A stretch of 50,427 bases of DNA, from positions 1-50,427 of the forward strand of contig NW_021835143.1 in NCBI RefSeq assembly GCF_006345805.1. The letters run 5' to 3'. A program made the translations under genes and the position numbers. This DNA comes from Octopus sinensis (lineage: Eukaryota). Below are positions 1-10,945 of the stretch, in pieces. How positions within the stretch are numbered: position 1 is the stretch's first letter; each line of letters opens with the position of its first letter. The notes below the pieces were generated by a model, which worked only from the letters and a program-made list of their open reading frames with translations, was not told the origin of the DNA and ran no database searches.

Positions 1-62
1 GCCACGGATGGATGGTGCTTTACGTGCCACCGGCACGGGGGCCAGGCGAGACTAGCAACAGC
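1..62 (-). mobile_element. Fragment of RTE-LINE 3' UTR (family C), cut by window edge
   Basis: ggatggtgctttacgtgccaccggcacgggggccag matches the copy at ~13330-13380. Confidence 0.75.
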
Positions 63-502
63 CATATATATATATATTTATATGAATGATATATATATAT
101 ATATACACACATATATACATATAATTATGATATATACATACATGTATATGTGTGGTGCATATATATATTATATATATGTGTGTGGTGTATGTGTGTACAC
201 ACACATACGCATATGAAAGAATGAATGTGACTACCTCAAAGCCGAGTGATGGTGAGAGGGATGGAGGAGACACTCAAGCCCAACTACCACCACACTCCCA
301 TCGTGCACCACCCTCACACCCACCTTCCCCATGCCAACCGCTCCATTTTGTTGCTTCAAATCACACAGAAATATTCTTGGACGAAATTACTTAAAACGCC
401 AAAATTCTGTCAAGGAGTCTGAAATGTCACTTTCTGCCACTCCTAATGACAAACCTAAATTATTGATAATTGACAATTTCTCCTTTAAATCGCATTACTT
501 CT

Positions 503-545
503 GTTGCCAATGGAAACGGTTTCCCTTAATAGTTTCCATGGCAAC
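503..545. promoter_or_regulatory. Two RFX X-box-like motifs
   Basis: GTTGCC-AAT-GGAAAC (503-517) and GTTTCC-AT-GGCAAC (532-545) fit the palindromic X-box consensus GTNRCC-N(0-3)-RGYAAC, in unique DNA. Confidence 0.45.
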
Positions 546-936
546 TGGGTTTCAACCCTTGAGAAATTAGCTTTGCATCTCCCCAAAACAAGCATCCCTA
601 CACCTTCCCATTTAAATGTTTGGCCCTTTGGCTCTTCTACAAAGGCATTATGAGGGGCTGCATTGGAGAATTCTTAGAGCTTTGGGGCATAATGTCTTGT
701 GATTATTAATTGCAGTTCTTTTCATTCCGGGTTCAAATCCTGCTGAGGTCAGCTTTGCCTTTCAGCCTTCTGGGGGTGGAGGCGTGTGTGTGTGTGTGTG
801 TGTGGGGGGTGTCTATACAATAACGTATCAGCCAGGAACTGAAGTGGTTTTAATCAGCTAATCTCCTTTCCTTAAAAATTCTAGGTCATGACCCTATGCC
901 AGAAACAAATATTATTATTATTTTTATTGTCATCAC

Positions 937-973
<37 letters not shown>

Positions 974-1017
974 TCATTGTCATCATCATCATTGTCATTG
1001 TCATGATTGAAATCATC

Positions 1018-1161
1018 CAAATTCCACCAAGGTCGACTTTGCCCTTCATCCCTTTTGGGGTTGTTAAATTAGGTACCAGTTGCGTACTGGGGTCAATCTA
1101 ATCGACTGGTCCCCTCACCCAAAATTTCAGGGCTTGATCCTAGTGTAGAAAAGATTATTGA

Positions 1162-1195
<34 letters not shown>

Positions 1196-1320
1196 TCATC
1201 ATCATCATCATCATCAAGGTGATAAGATGGCAGGATCGTTAGCATGTTGGATGAAATGCTTTGTGGCATTTTGTCTGTCTTTGCATTCTGAGTTCAAATC
1301 CTGACGAAGTTGACCAATCA
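1018..1320 (+). mobile_element. SINE family B: body fragment (1018-1158) and a second head (1217-1320), separated by (CAT)n
   Basis: ggtcgactttgcccttcatcc...aggtaccagttgcgtactggggtcaatctaatcgact matches the full copy at 3853-4072. Confidence 0.8.
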
Positions 1321-1374
1321 CTCTATTTTATTGAAGTTTTGTATTTATTGCGAGAGACTAACATAATGAAAAGC

Positions 1375-1700
1375 ACCACCACTGCCCCCTCCACCACCAC
1401 CGCCACCACCACCACCAACACCACTACCACCACCGCTACCACCACCACTACCATTACCACTGCCGCCGTGTCGTCACCACTGTCACCACCTGCATCACAA
1501 CCAAAACCACCAACACTACCACCACCACTACCAACACCACCACCATTACCACCAGCATCACTGTCGTCACCACCACCACCATCACCACCAAAACCACCAC
1601 TACCACCGCCACGACATATACTACCCTACTCCACTACTACTCTACCATACTACTACACTACTACTACTACTACTATATACTACTACTACTACTACTACAG
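1375..1700. repeat. Compound (CCA)n grading into (CTA)n triplet repeat
   Basis: Directly visible; explains the T/P/Y-run ORF 1261..1716. Confidence 0.95.
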
Positions 1701-1949
1701 CTACAGTTTTCCTTAATTCAACAAAGCAATGTTTCATTGGTGACCATGAGGTTTACAAGAGTCAAAATGTGATGGAATTGGATTTGAAATGGAAAACTGG
1801 TTCAGGTGAAGCGAGACTGGATCTGATCGGAGTAAAGGGAAAGGAACGGGGCAGGGGCTGGGGGGCGGGGGGAGGAACAGTGGTTTTTCAAAACAGGAAG
1901 TATTTAATTACAACAGTTCGTTAAGTGGAATAAATCGTTTAGAGCGACT

Positions 1950-2148
1950 GAGAAGAAGAAGAAGAAGAAAGAAGAGAAGAAGAAGAAGAAGAAGAAGAGA
2001 AGAAGGGAGAAGAAGAAGATAGGAGGAGAAGAAGAAGGAGAGAAGAAGAAGAAGAAGAAGAGAAGAAGAAGAAGAAGGAAGAGAAGAAGGAGAAGGAGAA
2101 GAAGGAAGAAGAAGAAGAAGAAGAAGAAGAAGAAGAAGAAGAAGAAGA
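1950..2148. repeat. (GAA)n polypurine tract
   Basis: Directly visible. Confidence 0.95.
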
Positions 2149-2268
2149 GTCTGCTGTTAGGAGCTTGAATTTAAATTCCAACAAAGTTTGTCTTAGTCTT
2201 TGATGTTTCACCTTTCGTTCCATTCTAAATTCTTGTCACGTTGATGCATACGTTGATATATATATATA

Positions 2269-2676
2269 GGCGCAGGAGTGGCTGTGTGGTAAGTAGCTTG
2301 CTAACCAACCACATGGTTCCGGATTCAGTCCCACTGCGTGGTATCTTGGGCAAGTGTCTTCTGCTATAGCCCCGGGCCGACCAATGCCTTGTGATTGGAT
2401 TTGGTAGATGGAACTGAAGAAGCCTGTCGTATATATGTAATATATATATATATATATGTATGTGGTGTGTTTGTGTGTCTGTGTTGTCCCCCTAGCATTG
2501 CTTGACAACCGATGCTGGTGTGTTTACGTCCACGTCACTTAGCGGTTCGGCAAAAGAGACCGATAGAATAAGTACTGGGTTTACAAAGAATAAGTCCGGG
2601 GTTGATTTGCTGACTAAAGGCGGGGCTCCAGCATGGCCACAGTCAAATGACGAAACAAGTAAAAGGTAAAAGAGTA
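2269..2676 (+). mobile_element. Bipartite tRNA-derived SINE (family A), full length
   Basis: Head ggcgcaggagTGGCTGTGTGG (A box)...GGTTCAGTCC-type B box, CORE-like cttgggcaagtg, (TA)n(TG)n linker, right half, (AAAGAGT)-type tail. Confidence 0.9.
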
Positions 2677-2691
2677 AGATATATAAATATC

Positions 2692-2750
<59 letters not shown>

Positions 2751-2859
2751 AGAGAGAGAGACGGGAAAACTGAAGGAAGCCCATCATATATTTGTATATG
2801 TGTGCATTTTTGTCTGTTTCCTACCACTGTTTGATAACTGGTGTTGGTGTGTTCCACCA

Positions 2860-2990
2860 AACCTTAGCCACAATTTATGTTCCTAACACTAGCTGAATGA
2901 CAACAAAGTTATTTTACTAAATTCTTTTGTTATATTTTAAAGTAATTGAAAGAAACATCTCAAAATAAATGCAGTCACAAAAGGGTTAAA
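2860..2990. mobile_element. Partial TTAA MITE (same family as 22035-22255)
   Basis: caatttatgttcctaacactagc...caaaagggTTAA matches the reverse complement of the 22035 copy. Confidence 0.75.
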
Positions 2991-3554
2991 CTGGATTTGA
3001 AATAATACCATATTGGTAGGGAACCAATCAAAGCTTAACAATTATTATTAATCTCTTTAAAGCTGGGCGAAATGATTAGCAGCATTTTGGCTGCTGCTGA
3101 GTTCTGAGTTCAAATTCCGTCAAGGTCAACTTTGCTTTTCATCCTTTTGGGGTAGATTAAATAAGTACCAGTCATATGCTGGAGTCAATGTAATCAACTT
3201 ACCCCCTCCCTCCACACTTCAGGCCTTGTGGATTAATACTTTGTTCTGGCCTGCAGGCTTAATTAGCCCTCCGCAGGGGCTAGCCTGAAAGTCCACATGG
3301 AGTGTGGCTTTTAAGTTAGCTTCAAACAAGAGAGGTTTTTTTCTTTTTCGGGTTTTTGTTTTTATCTCAGCCAATATAACACAATAGAGGCAACATGGAG
3401 CTGAGATAATGTTTTTGCTAATTATCCAAATTACATAGCTAATATGCTCGTTAGAGAGATTAACAAAGTAAGAAATATCCACTAATGTTTTGATGTAATT
3501 AAAGTGATAATTTGCAGTAATTGCAAACTATTGCTACACACGACAGAGATAACA

Positions 3555-3589
<35 letters not shown>

Positions 3590-3630
3590 CGTGTATATAT
3601 ATATATGTATGTGTGTGTCTCTCTCTCTAT

Positions 3631-3666
<36 letters not shown>

Positions 3667-3779
3667 ATATATTCTTAATTACCATTTTCAATTAGTCAAA
3701 GTATTCTATCCACAAATTTACCTAAAGTACTAATTAATAACATAGTCACCCACATTTTCTCCATTGCTAACAAGACCAA

Positions 3780-3850
<71 letters not shown>

Positions 3851-3852
3851 AT

Positions 3853-4072
3853 AAGGTGGTGGAGCTAGCAGAATCGTTAGCACGCCGGGTGAAATGCTTA
3901 GCAGTATTTCGTATGTCTTTGCGTTCTGAGTTCAAATTCTGCTGAGGTCGACTTTGCCTTTCATCCTTTCGGAGTCAATAAATTAAGTACCAGCTGCGTA
4001 TTGGGGTTGATCTAACCGACTGGCCCCTTCCCCACCAAATTTTGGGCCTTGTGCCTAAAGTAGAAAATATTA
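3853..4072 (+). mobile_element. SINE family B, full length
   Basis: tRNA-like head (gagctagcagaatcgttagc...gagttcaaattc), central gactttgcctttcatcctttcgg motif, (ATT)n flanks; at least 8 related copies in the window. Confidence 0.85.
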
Positions 4073-4569
4073 TCATTATTATTATCATCATTATTATTAT
4101 TATTATAATTATTGTAGTTGTTGTTGTTGCTGTTGTTGTTGTTGTTATTGCTGTTATTTTAATTATTATTGCCCTGCTATTACCATAACGAGCAACAATA
4201 GTTGATTCATGCTCAGCTTATCTTTGAGAATGTCACAACCGATTCCGGTTCACACGATGGGACTGTGTCAAGGAAGTCGGTAATCTTCAATGCAAGTTAA
4301 TGCTACCCTACACAGAATTAGGTTGTTTTTTTTATTTTATTTTTCGTTTCGGTTTTAAAACTGTTTCCTCTCAGTGGAAATGGTGCGAAGAGCTTGCACT
4401 TCCAGCCATTCTGATTTTCATATTTGTCGCTGCAGGCATGGGTATATACGGTTAAGAAGTTTGTTTTGCAAACCACATGGTTTCAGGTTCAGTCCCACAG
4501 TGCAGCACCTATCACAAATATCTTCTACTACAGTCCCAGGCCAATCTAATGCTAATCATGGTCCTCAGA

Positions 4570-4755
4570 ACATTTTTTTTTTCTCACCTTGTTTTTTTTC
4601 CTTCTCTCTCCTTTTTTTTTCCCTCTTAATTCTTTCTGCTGAAGAGCATAAGCTCGAAATGTAAAGCACTTGTTCATTATTCCTGAGCATTAAACTAATA
4701 CACCTGCTTCTTGTTCCTACGCCTGTTTCATCTTTTGTTTTCTGTAGATTTAAAC
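4570..4755 (+). mobile_element. Penelope-like T-rich terminal fragment with degenerate minimal hammerhead motif (4632-4666)
   Basis: cttt-CTGCTGA-A-GAGC-ataa-GCTC-GAAAt-GTA-aag; homologous to 12945 and 24683; ends at (TA)n. Confidence 0.55.
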
Positions 4756-4767
4756 TATATATATATA

Positions 4768-5165
4768 GGCGCAGGAGTGGCTGTGTGGCAAGTAGCTTGC
4801 TAACCAATCACATGGTTCCGGGTTCAGTCCCACTGCGTGGCACCTTGGGCAAGTGTCTTCTACTATAGCCTCGGGCCGACCAAAGCCTTGTGAGTGGATT
4901 TGGTAGACGGAAACTGAAAGAAGCCTGTCGTATATATGTATGTGCGTGTATGTTTGTGTGTCTGTGCTTGTACCCCTAGCATTGCTTGACAACCGATGCT
5001 GGTGTGTTTACGTCCCCGTCACTTAGCGGTTCGGCAAAAGAGACCGATAGAATAAGTACTGGGCTTACAAAGAATAAGTCCCGGGGTCGAGTTGCTCGAT
5101 TAAAGGCGGTGCTCCAGCATGGCCGCAGTTAAATGACTGAAACAAGTAAAAAAGAAAAAAGGAAA
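4768..5165 (+). mobile_element. Family A SINE, full length
   Basis: Near-identical to other family A copies; a degenerate solo head also lies at ~4432-4560. Confidence 0.9.
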
Positions 5166-5639
5166 ATGAAAAGAAAGAGAAAATTGATAGCTTATTCTTT
5201 ATCAGTCATCCAACCCATGCCAGCATAGAAAATGGACAACAGATGATGATGATGATGATAAGGATGGTATGTACACACACATCTATATAAGAATATGCCT
5301 TAACACACACACACACACACACAACAGTGTACGACTGTTAAAGATTGTCTGTCACATGATCTGCTTTATTCTTATTCAATGAAAACTCAAAAACAAAAAA
5401 GTGTTTGCACATTGGAGTAATAAATTTATGAATAATTAAATATGTAATTACTGCTAATGAAAGACAATGCAACCTGATCTAGGAGACATATTAGAATTAG
5501 CTGCTTTGATGATAAAGATTCTCGGTTTACCAAGAGTTTGTTGAAGCAATGGAGCCATTTAAGGGCACACGACAACGGCCTGAGTTGTATCCTGGGACCA
5601 CACACACACACACACACACACCCACACTCACGTATATAT

Positions 5640-5850
5640 ATCATGTGATCATCTGACCGACCAGACTATCAGATGTTGTTACACATCTCACTGGTCACAA
5701 TGCGCTCGAATGATGTCACCCAGCTAGCTAAGTGAGCAGGCCAACATAACGCCCACCCTGGTTGCGAGGGAGAGTGGAACAATGTGAAATGAAGCATTTT
5801 GCTCAAGAACGCAATGGGGAATTGAAGCCTCTGCCAAGGCAACACCAAAG
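5640..5850 (-). mobile_element. Partial SINE (family D, same as 41173-41455)
   Basis: tgaccgaccagactatcagatgttgttacacat..ctggtcacaatgcgct is shared with ~41180-41230. Confidence 0.7.
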
Positions 5851-5885
5851 TCCTCTCAACGATTAGCCAGAGAGGATTTTTAAAA

Positions 5886-6080
5886 TGCCGGTGGCATGTA
5901 AAAAGCACCCACTACACTCACGGAATGGTTGGCGTTAGGAAGGGCATCCAGCCGTAGAAACATTGCCAGATCAGACTGGAGCCTGGTGCAGCCTTCTGGC
6001 TTCCCAGACTCCAGTTGAACTGTCCAACCCATGCCAGCATGGAAAGCGGACGTTAAATGATGATGATGATGATGATGATG
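5886..6080 (+). mobile_element. RTE-LINE 3' UTR end (family C) with (GAT)n tail
   Basis: ggttggcgttaggaagggcatccagc...gcggacgttaaatgatgatg; reverse complement of 13109-13300. Confidence 0.85.
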
Positions 6081-6164
6081 AATATCTGAAATAAACTCGA
6101 CTGCTCTCACAAACGAGAATACTAAAAATGAACCCGACCACTCGCAAAAATTAAATAAAGGAAC

Positions 6165-6362
6165 AGGAAAAATAATCCAGAATCTTTCTCCGGTACTGGA
6201 TTGATCCCAAAACATAATCAGTTTGTGTCAGTCACGAGGCCAAACATCCCTGAATGTTTTATCTGAATCCATCCAGCGATTCTTGAGATATCTTGTCCAC
6301 AGACAAACAAACAAATATGACTGAAAACAATACCTCCGCCTTTGTTAAGGCAGAGGTAATAA
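6165..6362 (+). mobile_element. Non-autonomous Helentron/HINE-like element, terminal part
   Basis: acagacaaacaaac microsatellite followed by terminal hairpin TACCTCCGCC-tttgttaa-GGCAGAGGTA (6331-6358); family assignment from recalled architecture. Confidence 0.55.
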
Positions 6363-6718
6363 TTCAAGTAATATATATATGTGTGTTTGTATATATATAT
6401 GACTTATATATAATAAGTCCACTTATTATATTATATAATAAGTAACTCTGGTTACTTATCACTTATTATATTATATATTGATCATTCATTTTTATACTTT
6501 TTGAGATCTAGTTATAAGTTATATATGTTTTATAAAAATAAACATATATATTATTTGTTATTTATGTTTTGGTTGATGTCTATCACTGTTTGAGTTGCAT
6601 AATAGTGGTTTTATCTCTAATTTATATTTTATATATTTATACTGTGAAATTTGATTTAATACTAAATTGAATTTTTCCCTATTATTTTGGAGTTATACTC
6701 CCTAATATTATAATTATA

Positions 6719-7104
6719 CTAGCAGTATCGCCCGGCGTTGCTCGGGTTTGTAAGAGAAATAACTATATAAGCATTTTTAGAGAGTTATAGCCAAAAAATA
6801 GCAAAACAAATGCATTAAAAATGGAAAAAAATGATGGTAATTTTTTTTTTAAATTGTTGACTCATCGTAGACATTTTTAGAGAGTTACTTCCCTTATATA
6901 ATAGCGAAAAAATGCATTAAAATGGAAAAAAAGATGGTAAATTTTTTTTTAAATCGTAGACTCATGCTAATACCCAGAAGGGCTCGATATGAATCACGAC
7001 TATAAGATACCTGGTTTTGGTTAAACTGCACCGCAAAATGTGGGAGTAGTTAGGAATCTAAATCATAGGAGACAGACACACAACTTCACTTTTATATATA
7101 AAGA
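6719..7104 (-). mobile_element. Non-autonomous Helitron
   Basis: Minus strand: A|TC start, CTAG|T end, CCCG-agcaacgc-CGGG hairpin just upstream of the end; second copy at 32847. Confidence 0.8.
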
Positions 7105-7187
7105 TATATATATATAGTATGAAGGGTAAAGAGATATGAAATGTTTAAATATGGTAGATATTGGTGGCCCAAGATGTGATGACAATA

Positions 7188-8496
7188 TCAAACAACAGCC
7201 TTGGTTTCATAACATTCTCTGGTCACTGGTCTATATGTAGTTGGAATGGTTATAAGATGCTTAAAGGATAAAGTAAGATAAACTAGACGTTGCTGGCATA
7301 GGATAGCATTGGAACAAGCAGGTATATCATTAAAGGTAATACAATCATAATTTGCAAGTCCTTCTGTTAGGCATTGTGTATCTGAGACTACATTATTAAA
7401 TGTACTCCTCTTGTTACCTGGTTTAACATCACCACCTGACCCTTCCCTGCTTCTAGCAGAGTTCATTCTGTTGTTACCTGGTTTAACATCACCACATGGC
7501 CCTTTTCTGCTTCTAGCAGAGTTCATTCTGTTGTTACCTGGTTTAATATCACCACCTGACCCTTCCCTGCTTCTAGCAGAGTTCATTCTGTTGTTACCTG
7601 GTTTAACATCACCACCTGGCCCTTTTCTGCTTCTAGCAGAGTTCATTCTGTTGTTACCTGGTTTAACATCACCACCTGGCCCTTTTCTGCTTCTAGCAGA
7701 GTTCATTCTGTTGTTACCTGGTTTAACATCACCACCTGGCCCTTTTCTGCTTCTAGCAGAGTTCATTGTTGTTACCTGGTTTTAACATCACCACAGGCCC
7801 TTTTCTGCTTCTAGCCAGTTCATTCTGTTGTATCTGGTTTAACATCACCACCTGGCCCTTTTCTGCTTCTAGCAGAGTTCATTCTGTTGTTACCTGGTTT
7901 AACATCACCACATGGCCCTTTTCTGCTTCTAGCAGAGTTCATTCTGTTGTTATCTGGTTTAACATCACCACCTGGCCCTTTCTGCTTCTAGCAGAGTTCA
8001 TTCTGTGTTACCCCTGTTTTTAACATCACCAATGGGCCCTTTTCTGCTTCTAGCAGAGTTCATTCTGTTGTTACCTGGTTTAACATCACCACCTGCCCTT
8101 TTCTGCTTCTAGCAGAGTTCATTCTGTTGTTACCTGGTTTAACATCACCACCTGACCCTTCCCTGCTTCTAGCAGAGTTCATTCTGTTGTTACCTGGTTT
8201 AACATCACCACATGGCCCTTTTCTGCTTCTAGCAGAGTTCACTTGGTTGTTATCTGGTTTAATATCACCACCTGGCCCTTTTCTGCTTCTAGCAGAGTTC
8301 ATTCTGTTGTTACCTGGTTTAACATCACCACATGGCCCTTTTCTGCTTCTAGCAGAGTTCACTTGGTTGTTACCTGGTTTAGCATTACTAGCTGACCCTT
8401 TGGTGCCTTCAGTAGCGTCTACCCTGTCGCAAGCATTCAAGCTGGGATTCTGGTTTGTGGACATCTCCAACCACTCTCTATCCAGTCTTGGAGGTC
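7188..8496 (-). CDS. Candidate coding exon with 20-aa repeat (KPGNNRMNSARSRKGPGGDV)n; may instead end at a donor at 8374
   Basis: Acceptor tctttacAG|G at 8497/8496; unique open frame before the array (GPPRLDREWLEMSTNQ...) and 73 unique open codons after it to TGA at 7188; indels at ~7770-8060 break the frame. Confidence 0.35.
7407..8380. repeat. 60-bp minisatellite, ~16 copies
   Basis: Unit ctgttgttacctggtttaacatcaccacctggcccttttctgcttctagcagagttcatt with a few recurring variants. Confidence 0.97.
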
Positions 8497-8570
8497 CTGT
8501 AAAGATTCATAGCTACTGCCCCTTCCCTCTGGACTAAAAGATGTGAAAATAAAAAAAGAAGGAAGGCAAT

Positions 8571-8950
8571 GCACAGGAGTGGCTGAGTGGTAAGTAGCTT
8601 GTTTACCAACCACATGGTTCCAGGTTCAGTCCCACTGTGTGGCACCTTGGGCAAGTGTCTTCTACTATAGCCTCGGGCCGACCAAAGCCTTGTGAGTGGA
8701 TTTGTATATATATATATATATATGCGTGTGTGTGTTTGTGTGTCTGTGTTTGTCCCCCTAGCATTGCTTGACAACCAATGTTGGTGTGTTTATGTCCCCG
8801 TTACTTAGCGGTTCGGCAAAAGAGACCGATAGAATAAGTACTGGGTTTACAAAAAAGAATAAGTCCCGGGGTCGAGTTGCTCGATTAAAGGCGGTGCTCC
8901 AGCATGGCCACAGTCAAATGACTGAAACAAGTAAAAAGAGAAAAAAGAGT
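8571..8950 (+). mobile_element. Family A SINE with short internal deletion
   Basis: Head, linker, right half and tail present. Confidence 0.9.
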
Positions 8951-9599
8951 AATGCGTTGGTTGTTTCTTGGGGAAAAGCACAACTGCTCACAGAGTTCTT
9001 CAAGAAAGGCTCTAAGGCTGAGAGAATCTTGAAGAAATCTTGTCAGAGCTGTTTGCGTTTAGGACCAAATGAGAGCAAAACCCCGCCTCCGTCACCTCCA
9101 CCACCACCACCACCCGATGGCCACAGAGTTCCTGCAAAGGAGCAGTGACCCCATGTATTAATATCTGTGAAATATGGAACAATGGTACGCTCGTTAATCT
9201 TATAATTAATGAGATATGGCTTGCGGAGCCATCGTAGTCATCCGATGCGAGTCGAGAGAGAAGGAAAAGCTGGTTTAATATTCCTATAAACCATTCTCGG
9301 TATGAATGGAATTACATTAGAAGTCTAATTCGAAGATCCATTGTTGACAACAGCAACATCAACAACATCAACAACAACAGCAACAACCATGATGATAATG
9401 GTGGCAGTAGTTATGTTGTCAATTACAGCTTAATTTGATACCATTCATTGGATGGTGGGGATGTTGTGGGACTGATGGTCAGCAAATGTCAACGTCTCCG
9501 CCTGGCTTTGCAGTGGCTTCGTGTAGCTTTCCTATCCGTCCATACCATCCACACCAGAGTGGACGTGACGGATGATGAATGGTTTCTCTTGGGAGGGAG

Positions 9600-9960
9600 G
9601 AAGATGGGAGTGGGGGAGGGAGATTGGAGTGGGGGAGGGACAGGGGAGGGGAGAGTGAGAGTGGGAAGTAAGAGAGTGAGCGAGAGAGAGAGAACAAGCG
9701 TGAGTGAGAGAGAAGGGTGGAGAGAAGGAAAGAGAGAGAGAGCAAGAGAGTGAGAGGGGTGGCGAGAGAGAGAACAAGAATGAGAAAAAAGTGAGAACAA
9801 GTGTGAGAGAGAGAGGCAGAGAGGAGGAGAGAGAAGGAAAGGGAGAAAGAGAGAGGGAGAGTGAGAGAGTGCAAGTAAGAGCAAGAGGGAGAGAGTGAGA
9901 GTGAGAATGAGTGTGAGTGAGAGAGAGAGAGAGAGGGAAGCAGAGAGAAAGAGAGAGAGG
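9600..9960. repeat. GA-rich polypurine low-complexity tract
   Basis: Directly visible. Confidence 0.9.
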
Positions 9961-10945
9961 GAAATAAGAATACTTATTCTTATTTCTTTATTGCCCACAA
10001 GGGGCTAAACATAGAGGGGACAAACAAAGTGCTAACGTTTCTGCCAGCTTGCCGCCTAATACTTATTCTATCGGTCTCTTTTGTCAAACTGCTATGTTAT
10101 AGGGACGTAAACACACCAACATCGGTTGATTTGTTTAACTAAAATCCTTCCAGACAGTGCTCCGGCATGGCCAGAGTCCAACGACCAAAATGAGTAAGAA
10201 AGAAAAAAATAATAAAAGAGGGAGGGGAGGGTGTAATTTATTCCGAACCAATTCCGTAGACTTTCCTCATCTTATGTGAGTTTGTTTATTAATTCTTCAG
10301 AGTTAATGCTCTGCCATAAATGTTAGGCCTGCGTTGGCAGGATTCCTGAAAGAGAGTCTCTATGTGTGTGCGTACGCATGTGTATATGTATATGTGTGCA
10401 TGCGTATTTGTGTGTGTGTGTGTGTGATGTGGGTGTCCCTCTGGGAGTGAAATATTAACAAGACTGGAATTAGCAATTGTAATATGGAACGGTATAATTA
10501 TGAACTCACACTGTCCATGAGGCTGACCGCAGTGGACTTTAAACTAAGACAGCTTCGGGTTTAATGAGCACTTTCAATTACTGTATTGTACTGTGTGTAC
10601 ATGTGTGTGTGTGTATGTGTGTGTGTGTGTGTGCTTGTGTATGTGTGTTATAGATATATATATATATAAATACATATATGTATATATATAAATATTTATA
10701 CATACATATATAAATATATAAACACAAACATATAATATATATATGTACATATATATATATGTACATATATATATATATGTACATAATATATATATGTACA
10801 TATATATATATATTACATAATATATATTATATATATATATACATATATATACATATATATCTACATATATATTATACATATATATACTATATATATACAT
10901 ATATTATACATATATATATATATATATTATTATATATATATATAT

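Noticed and set aside
2269-2345. tRNA genes
   Set aside because: A/B boxes are present but no full cloverleaf could be formed and each continues into a SINE body
2236-2508. Recurrent ORFs such as MPRSGTEPGTMWLVSKLLTTQP and MSSNARGT
   Set aside because: Frames of the family A SINE appearing in many copies, not a gene family
5125-5152. Half-hammerhead in the SINE A tail (AGT(C/T)-aaat-GACT-GAAAC-aa-GTA)
   Set aside because: The stem II, GAAAC and GUA part fits, but no CUGANGA or helix I partner lies upstream in any copy; better read as a LINE-type tail hairpin
7407-8380. CRISPR-like arrays (60-, 36- and 123-bp repeats)
   Set aside because: Head-to-tail units without unique spacers, no cas genes, eukaryotic context
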